Of a DNA stretch of 64,000 nt, positions 52,845 through 59,980 are shown one piece after another. The position numbers were made by a program, and so were the translations under genes. Under the pieces are notes generated by a model, which saw only the letters and a list, made by a program, of their open reading frames with translations, made no database searches and was not told the DNA's origin. Each line of letters opens with the position of its first letter. The stretch's first letter is position 1. The DNA is from a virus, in IMG/VR virus record IMGVR_UViG_3300045988_143923; one strand, written 5' to 3'.

Positions 52845-53100
52845 GCGGGATACTGCCATAAGAGCGGTGATGGCGGCGAAATGGGTGGACGGTTCCGACG
52901 GTGCCATGGCAATGGAAATTGTTGCCTCGCCGCCAGCCGCTGACGTTGTGTCGGTGGTACATGGGTGGTGGAACGCAGACGAAACTTGCTCATTGTGCGG
53001 AGAGAAGTCAACGGAAGGACTGGACGCAACGAAGTGGAACTATTGGCTCCCTAATTACTGCCCCAACTGCGGGGCTAAGATGGACGGAGGTGCAGAATAA
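52828..53100 (+). CDS. hypothetical zinc-ribbon protein (paralogue of the 53770 gene)
   Basis: 90 aa; shares ...AADV.PVVHG.W......C..CG.......YCPNCGAKMDGG with the 53770 gene. Confidence 0.6.
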   Translation: MGGYIKRDTAIRAVMAAKWVDGSDGAMAMEIVASPPAADVVSVVHGWWNADETCSLCGEKSTEGLDATKWNYWLPNYCPNCGAKMDGGAE

Positions 53101-53248
53101 TGCGGAAATCCGTGCAAGGACTGCATCTATTACCACAAAGAGAATAAAACTTGCCAGTCGAAGAAATGCGCTACTTATGGCGACGGAAAAGTATCTTGGA
53201 TTGATAGATTGTTTTGTTCTCCGTGCAAAAATTGAGGAGAGGCGGACA

Positions 53249-53419
53249 ATGGATTTAGCAAACAAGCATTTGGCGGCCGGGTTAATCTGTGAAAAGATGT
53301 TTGATCCGATTGAGACAACGTGCGATCTGTCACTTTTCTCTGCTGATGAGCGCTGTTTGATTGAGACAATCGTACAAAGCATTATGAAGAATATGGACGG
53401 AGGTGCAGACAATGGCTGA
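53249..53419 (+). CDS. 56-aa hypothetical protein
   Basis: GAGGAGAGG RBS upstream of ATG 53249. Confidence 0.5.
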   Translation: MDLANKHLAAGLICEKMFDPIETTCDLSLFSADERCLIETIVQSIMKNMDGGADNG

Positions 53420-53461
53420 GGTGATTGGGCAGAAAGTCGAAAATTTCCCAGTGGAACTTCG

Positions 53462-53617
53462 ATGGAACGCAGTTGTGTAATTGATAACGGCCTGTGGAGT
53501 TGTTATCTTTGTCCTACTTGCCAAGAAATTACCGCTTCGCTGAAATACGGCGATAAATATGGATTCGGTGATTTAAGAGAATACGCTTTGGAAAAGGAAG
53601 GTGCTAACAATGGCTGA
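53462..53617 (+). CDS. 51-aa zinc-ribbon protein
   Basis: MERSCVIDNGLWSCYLCPTCQE...; coupled to the next gene. Confidence 0.4.
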   Translation: MERSCVIDNGLWSCYLCPTCQEITASLKYGDKYGFGDLREYALEKEGANNG

Positions 53618-53777
53618 ACTGAAACCTTGCCCGTTCTGTGGGAGCAACAGAATCTCGGTGGAATACCTATATTTTAGACCTTATATCATTTGCGAGAAGT
53701 GCCACGCACAAATCCCTTGCTATAACACCTATCCAAAGGCAAAAGAAGCATGGAACAGGAGGGCAGACAATGCCTGA
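53610..53777 (+). CDS. Lar-family restriction-alleviation-like protein
   Basis: 55 aa; MAELKPCPFCGS......C..C......Y..KAKEAWNRRA matches the Lar pattern (CPFCG...C..C...a.eaWNrR). Confidence 0.55.
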   Translation: MAELKPCPFCGSNRISVEYLYFRPYIICEKCHAQIPCYNTYPKAKEAWNRRADNA

Positions 53778-54069
53778 ATACATTGAGCGCGCAGTTGCGT
53801 TTGATGCTATAACCGATCTTGCTGGGAAAGCCCCGACACGCTCGGCTTATGAAGCTGTATGGAAATCAGCGAAAGTGTTGAAGAAAATCCCTGCCGCCGA
53901 CGTTGCGCCGGTGGTGCATGGGAAGTGGATTCGACCGCACTGGAAAAACAGTAATTATTGTTGTGACTGTTCAGAGTGTGGCGGGGAAGCAATGCACAGA
54001 GAATATCAATGGAACAAAAAGGGTATTTACCCCATCTGCCCCAATTGCGGTGCAAAGATGGACGGATAG
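53770..54069 (+). CDS. hypothetical zinc-ribbon protein (TAG stop)
   Basis: 99 aa; paralogue of the 52828 gene. Confidence 0.6.
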   Translation: MPEYIERAVAFDAITDLAGKAPTRSAYEAVWKSAKVLKKIPAADVAPVVHGKWIRPHWKNSNYCCDCSECGGEAMHREYQWNKKGIYPICPNCGAKMDG

Positions 54070-54096
54070 TTGAACTTCGTGTGACGATTAAGGAAG

Positions 54097-54285
54097 ATGA
54101 AGAAAATGACAGTCAGCAATAAAAAATTATTAGAAGCTGTTGAAACCATTGGCACATTCTGCGAAGAACAATCATGTTGCCAGAACTGTATTTTGCCGCA
54201 GCTTTGTGCAGATGGTTGGAACTGCTGTATGAAGTTATGTATTGCTTCTGAATTATCAGAAGCAATGGCAAACGAGGACGGCTAA
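54097..54285 (+). CDS. small Cys-rich protein
   Basis: 62 aa (or 59 aa from ATG 54106, which has better RBS spacing). Confidence 0.5.
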   Translation: MKKMTVSNKKLLEAVETIGTFCEEQSCCQNCILPQLCADGWNCCMKLCIASELSEAMANEDG

Positions 54286-54506
54286 TGAAAAAATCAAAAG
54301 CGCTTGCGACATATGAAAGTATAAGTAAATACCGTCATATGTCAAGTATTGAATTTGTAGAAAAGGAATTGGGAGTCAAACTTCTTCCCTATCAAGCTGA
54401 ATTAACCACCAGACGATTAAGGAGAAACAAACTTGAATCCAGTATTCTATGCGCTTTGTATCATCGCCGGGGTGTTTATCTGGGCCTGCTGCGCTTTTAT
54501 GTTTAA
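54285..54506 (+). CDS. hypothetical protein (3' part doubtful)
   Basis: 73-aa ORF, GAGGA RBS; the C-terminal third overlaps a better-supported TTG-start gene in another frame. Confidence 0.35.
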   Translation: MKKSKALATYESISKYRHMSSIEFVEKELGVKLLPYQAELTTRRLRRNKLESSILCALYHRRGVYLGLLRFYV

Positions 54507-54609
54507 GAAGCTCGGCAGTGTTCTGACAAGTATCTTCGGCGATGCGATAAAGGAAATGTCCGATGAGGACGAAAATAACAAAAACGAAGGAGAAAACAAA
54601 CATGAGTAA
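54433..54609 (+). CDS. 58-aa membrane protein (TTG start)
   Basis: AAGGAGAA RBS 8 nt upstream of TTG; TM helix then an acidic tail. Confidence 0.45.
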   Translation: MNPVFYALCIIAGVFIWACCAFMFKKLGSVLTSIFGDAIKEMSDEDENNKNEGENKHE

Positions 54610-55462
54610 GGGTGCAGTAGGCGGCGTTGTTCTAGCGGCCGCTCTGGTGTTCGGCGGTATCGGAGCTTTCGTGTGTACAGAACGAATCCCGACCGGCTAC
54701 GTCGGTGTGGTTTACAGCATGAACGGCGGCGTACAGGACGAGGTTCTAACACAGGGTTTCCATGTCGTAAGTCCGACCAAGAAGGTAAAGAGGTTCACCG
54801 TCGGCAATGAGCAGCTCGTTCTGACCAAGGATTCTCGCGACGGCAGTGAGGGCGACGATTCCTTTAACGTAGCAACGGCAGATAACGCCAACATCAATAT
54901 CAGCTTCCAGATGTCCTACCGATTTAAGCAGGACGAGGTTGTTGACACCTATAAGAAGTTCCGCGGTATGGACGGCGAGGACATCGTGAACAACCGTGTC
55001 CGCACGATTCTGAAATCTAAGATTTCAGAGGTCACGACCGATTACACTATGATGGATATCTATTCCGGTGACCGTGCGAAGATCAACACCCAGCTGACAG
55101 AGGCTCTTTCCGAGAAACTCGGTGACGAGTTCGGTATTGATGTTATCGACGCCTCTATCATCGACGTACATCCCGATGAGCAGCTGCAGCAGACGATCAA
55201 TGACCGTGTGACGGCAATGCAGAAGAAGCAGCAGGCTGAAGCGGAGCAGGAAACCATCAAGGTACAGAACCAGACGAAGATTCTGGAAGCGCAGGCTGAC
55301 GCGCAGGCCAAGCAGATTGCAGCAGAGGCAGAAGCAAAGGCAAACTCGACGATTTCTGCTTCTCTGACCGATAAGCTGCTCAAGAAAATGGAAATGGAAG
55401 CCCGCGAGAAGCATGGCTGGGTCACCGTTCAGGGCGGCACTGTAGTCACGGACACCAAGTAA
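54602..55462 (+). CDS. SPFH/Band-7 (prohibitin/HflC-like) membrane protein
   Basis: 286 aa from ATG 54602; N-terminal TM helix, VP.GYVGVVY...G....VL..GFH.V.P, Ala/Gln/Glu-rich coiled coil. Confidence 0.75.
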   Translation: MSKGAVGGVVLAAALVFGGIGAFVCTERIPTGYVGVVYSMNGGVQDEVLTQGFHVVSPTKKVKRFTVGNEQLVLTKDSRDGSEGDDSFNVATADNANINISFQMSYRFKQDEVVDTYKKFRGMDGEDIVNNRVRTILKSKISEVTTDYTMMDIYSGDRAKINTQLTEALSEKLGDEFGIDVIDASIIDVHPDEQLQQTINDRVTAMQKKQQAEAEQETIKVQNQTKILEAQADAQAKQIAAEAEAKANSTISASLTDKLLKKMEMEAREKHGWVTVQGGTVVTDTK

Positions 55463-55490
55463 AAATTTTTTTGAAAAATTTTCAGATTTC

Positions 55491-55519
55491 GCGTCCCAAA
55501 AATCGATTTTTTGTATAGT
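55491..55519 (+). promoter_or_regulatory. phage promoter class GCGTCC-N17-TATAGT (copy C)
   Basis: TTCGCGTCCCAAAAATCGATTTTTTGTATAGTAGTA upstream of the second tRNA array. Confidence 0.5.
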
Positions 55520-55599
55520 AGTATATGTAGACAAAAAACGATAACAGTGTGGCGACGGCGGGAAAGACCGCTGACAGCCGGGAAAGACCGGCGATATAT

Positions 55600-55712
55600 G
55601 AGGAGTGTCCGGTGACAGAGTTATGGTGCGACGGGCGGGCGCACGAACAGCAAATACATACAAAAAACTTTCTGCAAAAAAGTTTCTCGCGGTTCGACTC
55701 CGCGGCTCCTCA
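55600..55712 (+). tRNA. tRNA-Cys(GCA)-like gene with a ~40-nt expansion of the D region
   Basis: Acceptor GAGGAGT/GCTCCTC, anticodon arm ACTTT-CTGCAAA-AAAGT, T arm CGCGG-TTCGACT-CCGCG; 60 nt (including hairpin GTGCG...CGCAC) where ~20 nt of D arm is expected; no CCA. Confidence 0.4.
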
Positions 55713-55733
55713 AAATTCCGCCAACTAAATATG

Positions 55734-55848
55734 TCCGGTGTAGCTCAATAGGCAGAGCGCGAAACATGTGGACTGATAAGTCCGCTGACAGCAATTTTCT
55801 TTTAGATTTGTAATCTCGATGCTGTCGGTTCGAATCCGGCCTCCGGGC
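55734..55848 (+). tRNA. tRNA-Thr(TGT)-like gene with a 42-nt insertion 5' of the anticodon loop
   Basis: Acceptor TCCGGTG/CTCCGGG (one mismatch), D arm GCTC-AATAGGCA-GAGC, 5' anticodon-stem CGAAA, insert 55765-55806, loop TTTGTAA, TCTCG, T arm GTCGG-TTCGAAT-CCGGC. Confidence 0.4.
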
Positions 55849-55969
55849 ACCTTCTTCTAAGTCACCGAGAAGTAAAAGAGAAAAAGGCGACTGAGCCGTG
55901 GGTTGACAGCCTACGCAGTTCTGAATCATCAGTTCTTTCGTCTGACAGCTCGGAAAAGACGAGCAACAA

Positions 55970-56046
55970 CGAGGTGTGGCTCAGCTTGGTAGAGCGCTTG
56001 CTTTGGGAGCAAGATGCCGCAGGTTCAAATCCTGTCACCTCGACCA
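55970..56046 (+). tRNA. tRNA-Pro (TGG)
   Basis: Acceptor CGAGGTG/CACCTCG, anticodon arm CTTGC-TTTGGGA-GCAAG, T arm GCAGG-TTCAAAT-CCTGT, CCA. Confidence 0.85.
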
Positions 56047-56304
56047 ATCCTCACCGTGCGGAGGAAATTATTTGTCCGTGAGCAAACTCTACTCACACAC
56101 ACCGCTTGGCACGGCAAGCGAACCCTCTCGAGAGCTGCTGAACGCATTTGGAGAAAATGTGCAAGGCAAAGGGTGGCGAACCAGCCTGGAACTTACCCTC
56201 TCTACAACTGGTTCGGAAAAACCGTTTCACTCTTCTTCACGGGCGTAAGGTAAGCCGAAGTAAGAAGAAAACCGGCGACGAGGTTGCAAACTCCCGCCGG
56301 ATAT
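56047..56304 (+). ncRNA. 258-nt ORF-free structured spacer within the tRNA array
   Basis: Consecutive helices: CCTC/GAGG, GTGAG/CTCAC, CGCTTG/CAAGCG, CTCTCGAGAG, TCTTCTT/AAGAAGA, CCGGCG/CGCCGG. Confidence 0.35.
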
Positions 56305-56378
56305 GCTCCAGTAGTTTAATGGCAGAGCATCAGATTTCCAATCTGATAGTGCGAGTTCGATCCTCGTCTGGAGCTCCA
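56305..56378 (+). tRNA. tRNA-Gly (TCC)
   Basis: Acceptor GCTCCAG/CTGGAGC, anticodon arm TCAGA-TTTCCAA-TCTGA, T arm CGAGT-TCGATCC-TCG region, CCA. Confidence 0.85.
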
Positions 56379-56381
56379 TAT

Positions 56382-56468
56382 GCCGGTGTGCCGGAATAGG
56401 CAGACGGGAGCGTCTCAAAAACGTCCGCTCAACAGAGCATCGGGGTTCAAGTCCCCGCATCGGCACCA
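56382..56468 (+). tRNA. tRNA-Leu (CAA)
   Basis: Class II; acceptor GCCGGTG/CATCGGC, loop CTCAAAA, variable helix GCTC/GAGC, T arm CGGGG-TTCAAGT-CCCCG, A73, CCA. Confidence 0.8.
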
Positions 56469-56471
56469 AAT

Positions 56472-56557
56472 GCGATTGTGGCGGAATTGGCAGACGCAGC
56501 GGATTTAAGCTCCGCTGGGAGATTCCCGTGAGAGTTCGAGCCTCTCCAGTCGCACCA
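56472..56557 (+). tRNA. tRNA-Leu (TAA)
   Basis: Class II; acceptor GCGATTG/CAGTCGC, anticodon arm GCGGA-TTTAAGC-TCCGC, variable helix GGGA/TCCC, A73, CCA. Confidence 0.85.
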
Positions 56558-56564
56558 TCAATAT

Positions 56565-56694
56565 ACGGCGGTAGCAAAGCGGTAATGCGTCATCCATAAA
56601 AAATGCGAGCTGACAAGTTCACTGACAGCAATCTTAACAGTAAAAAGATATGCCATGATGATAATCGCTGGTTCGACTCCAGCCCGCCGTACCA
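56565..56694 (+). tRNA. tRNA-Gly(GCC)-like gene with a 55-nt insertion 5' of the anticodon loop
   Basis: Perfect acceptor ACGGCGG/CCGCCGT, D arm GCA-AAGCGGTAA-TGC, anticodon stem TCATC...GATGA separated by the insert (~56595-56649) plus loop (C)TGCCAT, T arm GCTGG-TTCGACT-CCAGC, CCA. Confidence 0.45.
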
Positions 56695-56863
56695 CAGGGA
56701 CACTCACAGCAAAATTACAGGCTTTGACTTTTAATCAAAATACCTTTGTGTCCCGCATCCCTCCAAAGGGCGCGTACAGCCAATAAAAACTATCTCCATA
56801 AAACACTGGCAGGCTGATTCCCTGCAATGCGCCCTGTGGAATTAAAACAAGGAGGAAAAGAAA

Positions 56864-58417
56864 ATGGATTTTACAACCGCAATGGCTAACACGCTGAACG
56901 AAGATTACAACGTCAGCGTAACCGAGAACGGCGCTGTCGGTTACAGAACGACCGGCAAAGCGCTGCTCGACCTGAATTTCTCCGTAGCCTCGCTCCGCAG
57001 CGCAAGCGAAGCTGAGATCGTGAGTAAGTTCGTCAAGGCATTCTTCGAGGACAAAATGGCCGCGATGAAGTGGCTGTTCTTCGCCCGAGATGTTCGCGGT
57101 GGACTCGGCGAGCGCCGATTGTTCCGCACCGTAATGAAGTATCTGGCGGACAACCTGCCGGAATACGTCCGGCCAGTAATCGAGTTGATTGCAGAATACG
57201 GTCGCTATGATGACCTGCTGTGCCTGTTGGATACAGATTTGGAAGTAAAAGTTTTGGACTACATCTACTTTCAGTTCAATTATGACATCCATCGTTATGA
57301 AGAAGGTAATCCGATCTCACTGCTAGCAAAATGGCTTCCGTCTCCGGGCGCTTCTTCTTACAATTCCCGTCGATATGCAAAGATTATTTGTAATCGACTG
57401 AACTTCACTCAGAAGTATTACCGCCAGACTCTTTCCAAACTACGCGGCTATCTCGATGTAGTCGAGAAGAAAATGTCCGCAAAGCAGTGGGGCGAGATCA
57501 AATATGAAGCAGTCCCGTCCCGCGCAAATCTCATTTATAATAAGGCGTTTCTGAGGAACGATGAGGAGCGCCGCCGTGCTTATCTGGAAAGCCTCGCTAA
57601 GGGCGAAACCAAGATAAACGCAGGCACGCTGTTCCCGCACGAGATCGTCCATAAGTATGGCAACTCTGGATGGAATACAATCACCGAGTGTAACGAAACG
57701 CTCGAACAACTGTGGAAGGCTCTGCCTGATACGGTGAACGGCAACGGGAACACCATTGTCGTAGCGGACGGCAGCGGCAGTATGACCTGCGGCGTAGACC
57801 CGCACAGCAGCGTAACTGCACTGGACGTAGCAAATGCACTTGCGATTTACTTCGCGGAGCATTCCTCCGGCCAGTTCAAGGACAAGTACATCACGTTTTC
57901 CACTCGTCCTCGGCTGGTTGATTTCTCCAAAGCAAAGAACCTGCGTGAGAAGCTGTTAATCGCTAAGCAGCATAACGAGATGGGAAATACCAACATTGAA
58001 GCTGTTTTTAACCTGATTTTGACCACAGCGGTCAACAATCGAATGAAGCAGGAAGATATGCCGCAGAATATTCTCATCATCTCCGATATGGAGTTCGACT
58101 CCTGTGCAACTTGCGGCAGTCAAACGGGTTACTGGAGCCGAAAGCGGCCGGATTCCCGTCTGTTTAACGTGATTCGTCAGAAATATGAAGCAGCCGGTTA
58201 TAAACTGCCGCGCCTCGTGTTCTGGAATGTCAACAGCCGCACCGGAACCATTCCGGTTAAGGAAAACGATCTCGGTGTTGCTCTGGTCAGCGGCTTCAGC
58301 CAGAATGTAGCTTCTATGGTGATGAGCGGTAAGCTCGACCCGTATGAATGCCTGATGGAAACGCTAAACAGTAAGAGATATGATCCAATCGCGAAAGCAC
58401 TGGAGGGGATTGCGTGA
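56864..58417 (+). CDS. DUF2828-like (TROVE-like) + vWA domain protein
   Basis: 517 aa; N-terminal ...TENGAVGY.TTGKALLDLNF........WLFFARDVRGGLGERRLFR...; MIDAS motif VVADGSGSMT. Confidence 0.65.
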   Translation: MDFTTAMANTLNEDYNVSVTENGAVGYRTTGKALLDLNFSVASLRSASEAEIVSKFVKAFFEDKMAAMKWLFFARDVRGGLGERRLFRTVMKYLADNLPEYVRPVIELIAEYGRYDDLLCLLDTDLEVKVLDYIYFQFNYDIHRYEEGNPISLLAKWLPSPGASSYNSRRYAKIICNRLNFTQKYYRQTLSKLRGYLDVVEKKMSAKQWGEIKYEAVPSRANLIYNKAFLRNDEERRRAYLESLAKGETKINAGTLFPHEIVHKYGNSGWNTITECNETLEQLWKALPDTVNGNGNTIVVADGSGSMTCGVDPHSSVTALDVANALAIYFAEHSSGQFKDKYITFSTRPRLVDFSKAKNLREKLLIAKQHNEMGNTNIEAVFNLILTTAVNNRMKQEDMPQNILIISDMEFDSCATCGSQTGYWSRKRPDSRLFNVIRQKYEAAGYKLPRLVFWNVNSRTGTIPVKENDLGVALVSGFSQNVASMVMSGKLDPYECLMETLNSKRYDPIAKALEGIA

Positions 58418-58465
58418 TACTTCTTCTGTACTTTCTGATTTGTATCATTGTCAGCGGAGCAAATT

Positions 58466-58600
58466 ATGCCTTTTCTCAAAACCCCGAAGAGCGAAGGCTT
58501 CGATCCTGATGAATTCGATGTACTCATGGTTGTCGCAGGGCTTTTATGGCCTCTTGTTGTCGGAATGGCCATTGCATATGGTCTATTCAAAGACAATTGA
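58466..58600 (+). CDS. 44-aa membrane peptide
   Basis: ATG 58466; hydrophobic VLMVVAGLLWPLVVGMAIAYGLF; weak RBS. Confidence 0.3.
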   Translation: MPFLKTPKSEGFDPDEFDVLMVVAGLLWPLVVGMAIAYGLFKDN

Positions 58601-58625
58601 TCGATGGGAAACGAAAGGAGAACAA

Positions 58626-59174
58626 ATGAAAGTTTTAGTAGTAGTGGATATGCAGAATGACTTCATCGATGGCGCTCTCGGTACGCCGGAAGCAAAAGCT
58701 ATTGTTTCAAAGGTAGTCGAAAAAATCAAAGCTGTCGGTGATGACGATATTATTTGCGTAACAAAGGACACACATTACGCGGATTATCTCGATACACAAG
58801 AGGGGAAATTGCTCCCGATTCCTCACTGCCTTGTGGAAACGCACGGTTGGGAGATCGAGCAGACTGTTCAGAATGAATTAGACAAACGAGGGGAAACTCT
58901 CGTATTCGAGAAAGAAACGTTCGGTTCTGTTGATCTTGGTGACGCACTGGATTTGGTTTGGATCGACAATCTGGATGAAATTATTTTGGTTGGCCTTTGC
59001 ACAGACATTTGCGTTATTTCCAACGCTTTGCTTATCAAAGCATATCTCCCAGAGGTAAAGATCACAGTAGATGCGTCCTGCTGTGCCGGAACAACGCCTG
59101 AAAACCATAAGAATGCGCTGGCAGCCATGAAAATGTGCCAGATTAACATCGAAAACGAGGAGGAAGCCGTATGA
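58626..59174 (+). CDS. isochorismatase-family hydrolase, nicotinamidase (PncA)-like
   Basis: 182 aa from ATG 58626 (RBS AAAGGAGAA); VVVDMQNDF, ...KD.H, LVGLCTDICV catalytic Cys motif. Confidence 0.7.
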   Translation: MKVLVVVDMQNDFIDGALGTPEAKAIVSKVVEKIKAVGDDDIICVTKDTHYADYLDTQEGKLLPIPHCLVETHGWEIEQTVQNELDKRGETLVFEKETFGSVDLGDALDLVWIDNLDEIILVGLCTDICVISNALLIKAYLPEVKITVDASCCAGTTPENHKNALAAMKMCQINIENEEEAV

Positions 59175-59965
59175 TTTCCGTAAATGGGGACCCGATTGAT
59201 TTTACCTGTTTTCCAGACGGAACGACTTCGTTTCGTTACGATCCAAGCTTGGAAGAAGAGGAGTTTGTCATCCAGTGGAAGTATGATGGTGATCATGAGT
59301 GCATTTTGCTGTGGTATCTGGTTCATCGTATACGAAGCTATGACTCTCGTGCTGAGATTATACTTCAGCTTCCGTATATTCCCAACGCGAGAATGGATCG
59401 TGTTAAAAGCTCTGACGAAGTTTTCACATTAAAATACTTTGCAGAGTTTATCAATAGTCTGTCTTTTGATTTTGTGGTTGTTCGTGATCCACATTCTAAT
59501 GTAGCCCCAGCATTGCTCAATAACGTTAAGGTTCTCGATGCTAGATATTATATCATGCAAGCAATCGCGAATTGTATGACATGCGGAGAGGATTTGCTGC
59601 TCTGTTACCCTGATGAAGGAGCTGCAAAACGTTACACTGAGCTTCTGAAGCGCGAGCACGTTTTCTGTATCAAACACCGCGACTGGCGCACGGGGAATAT
59701 CGAGGGGTTGGAGCTGACCAACCCGGAACTTGTCGAAGGACGCAACGTTCTGATTGTAGATGACATCTGCTCTCGCGGCGGTACGTTCACTCATACAGCC
59801 AAAGCACTCAGAGAAGCCGGGGCGAAGGATATTTTCCTTTATATCACCCATTGCGAAAACACCATCAAAAAGGGCACAATTCTGACTGACGGCCTGATTA
59901 AGCACGTTTACACCACCGGAAGCATTTATCGCGGCAACCACGAAATGATTACGGTTCTGTTCTGA
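59171..59965 (+). CDS. ribose-phosphate pyrophosphokinase (Prs)-like protein; NARP1 Adps candidate
   Basis: 264 aa; PRPP/phosphoribosyltransferase loop VLIVDDICSRGGT; Prs-like two-domain length; coupled to the NAMPT-like gene. Confidence 0.65.
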   Translation: MISVNGDPIDFTCFPDGTTSFRYDPSLEEEEFVIQWKYDGDHECILLWYLVHRIRSYDSRAEIILQLPYIPNARMDRVKSSDEVFTLKYFAEFINSLSFDFVVVRDPHSNVAPALLNNVKVLDARYYIMQAIANCMTCGEDLLLCYPDEGAAKRYTELLKREHVFCIKHRDWRTGNIEGLELTNPELVEGRNVLIVDDICSRGGTFTHTAKALREAGAKDIFLYITHCENTIKKGTILTDGLIKHVYTTGSIYRGNHEMITVLF

Positions 59966-59980
59966 TAAGGAGACGAAACA

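Noticed and set aside
55930-55965. Hammerhead ribozyme core in CUGACAGC...GAAA contexts
   Set aside because: The motif has A where the invariant G8 of CUGANGA is required, and no stem II/III arrangement fits.
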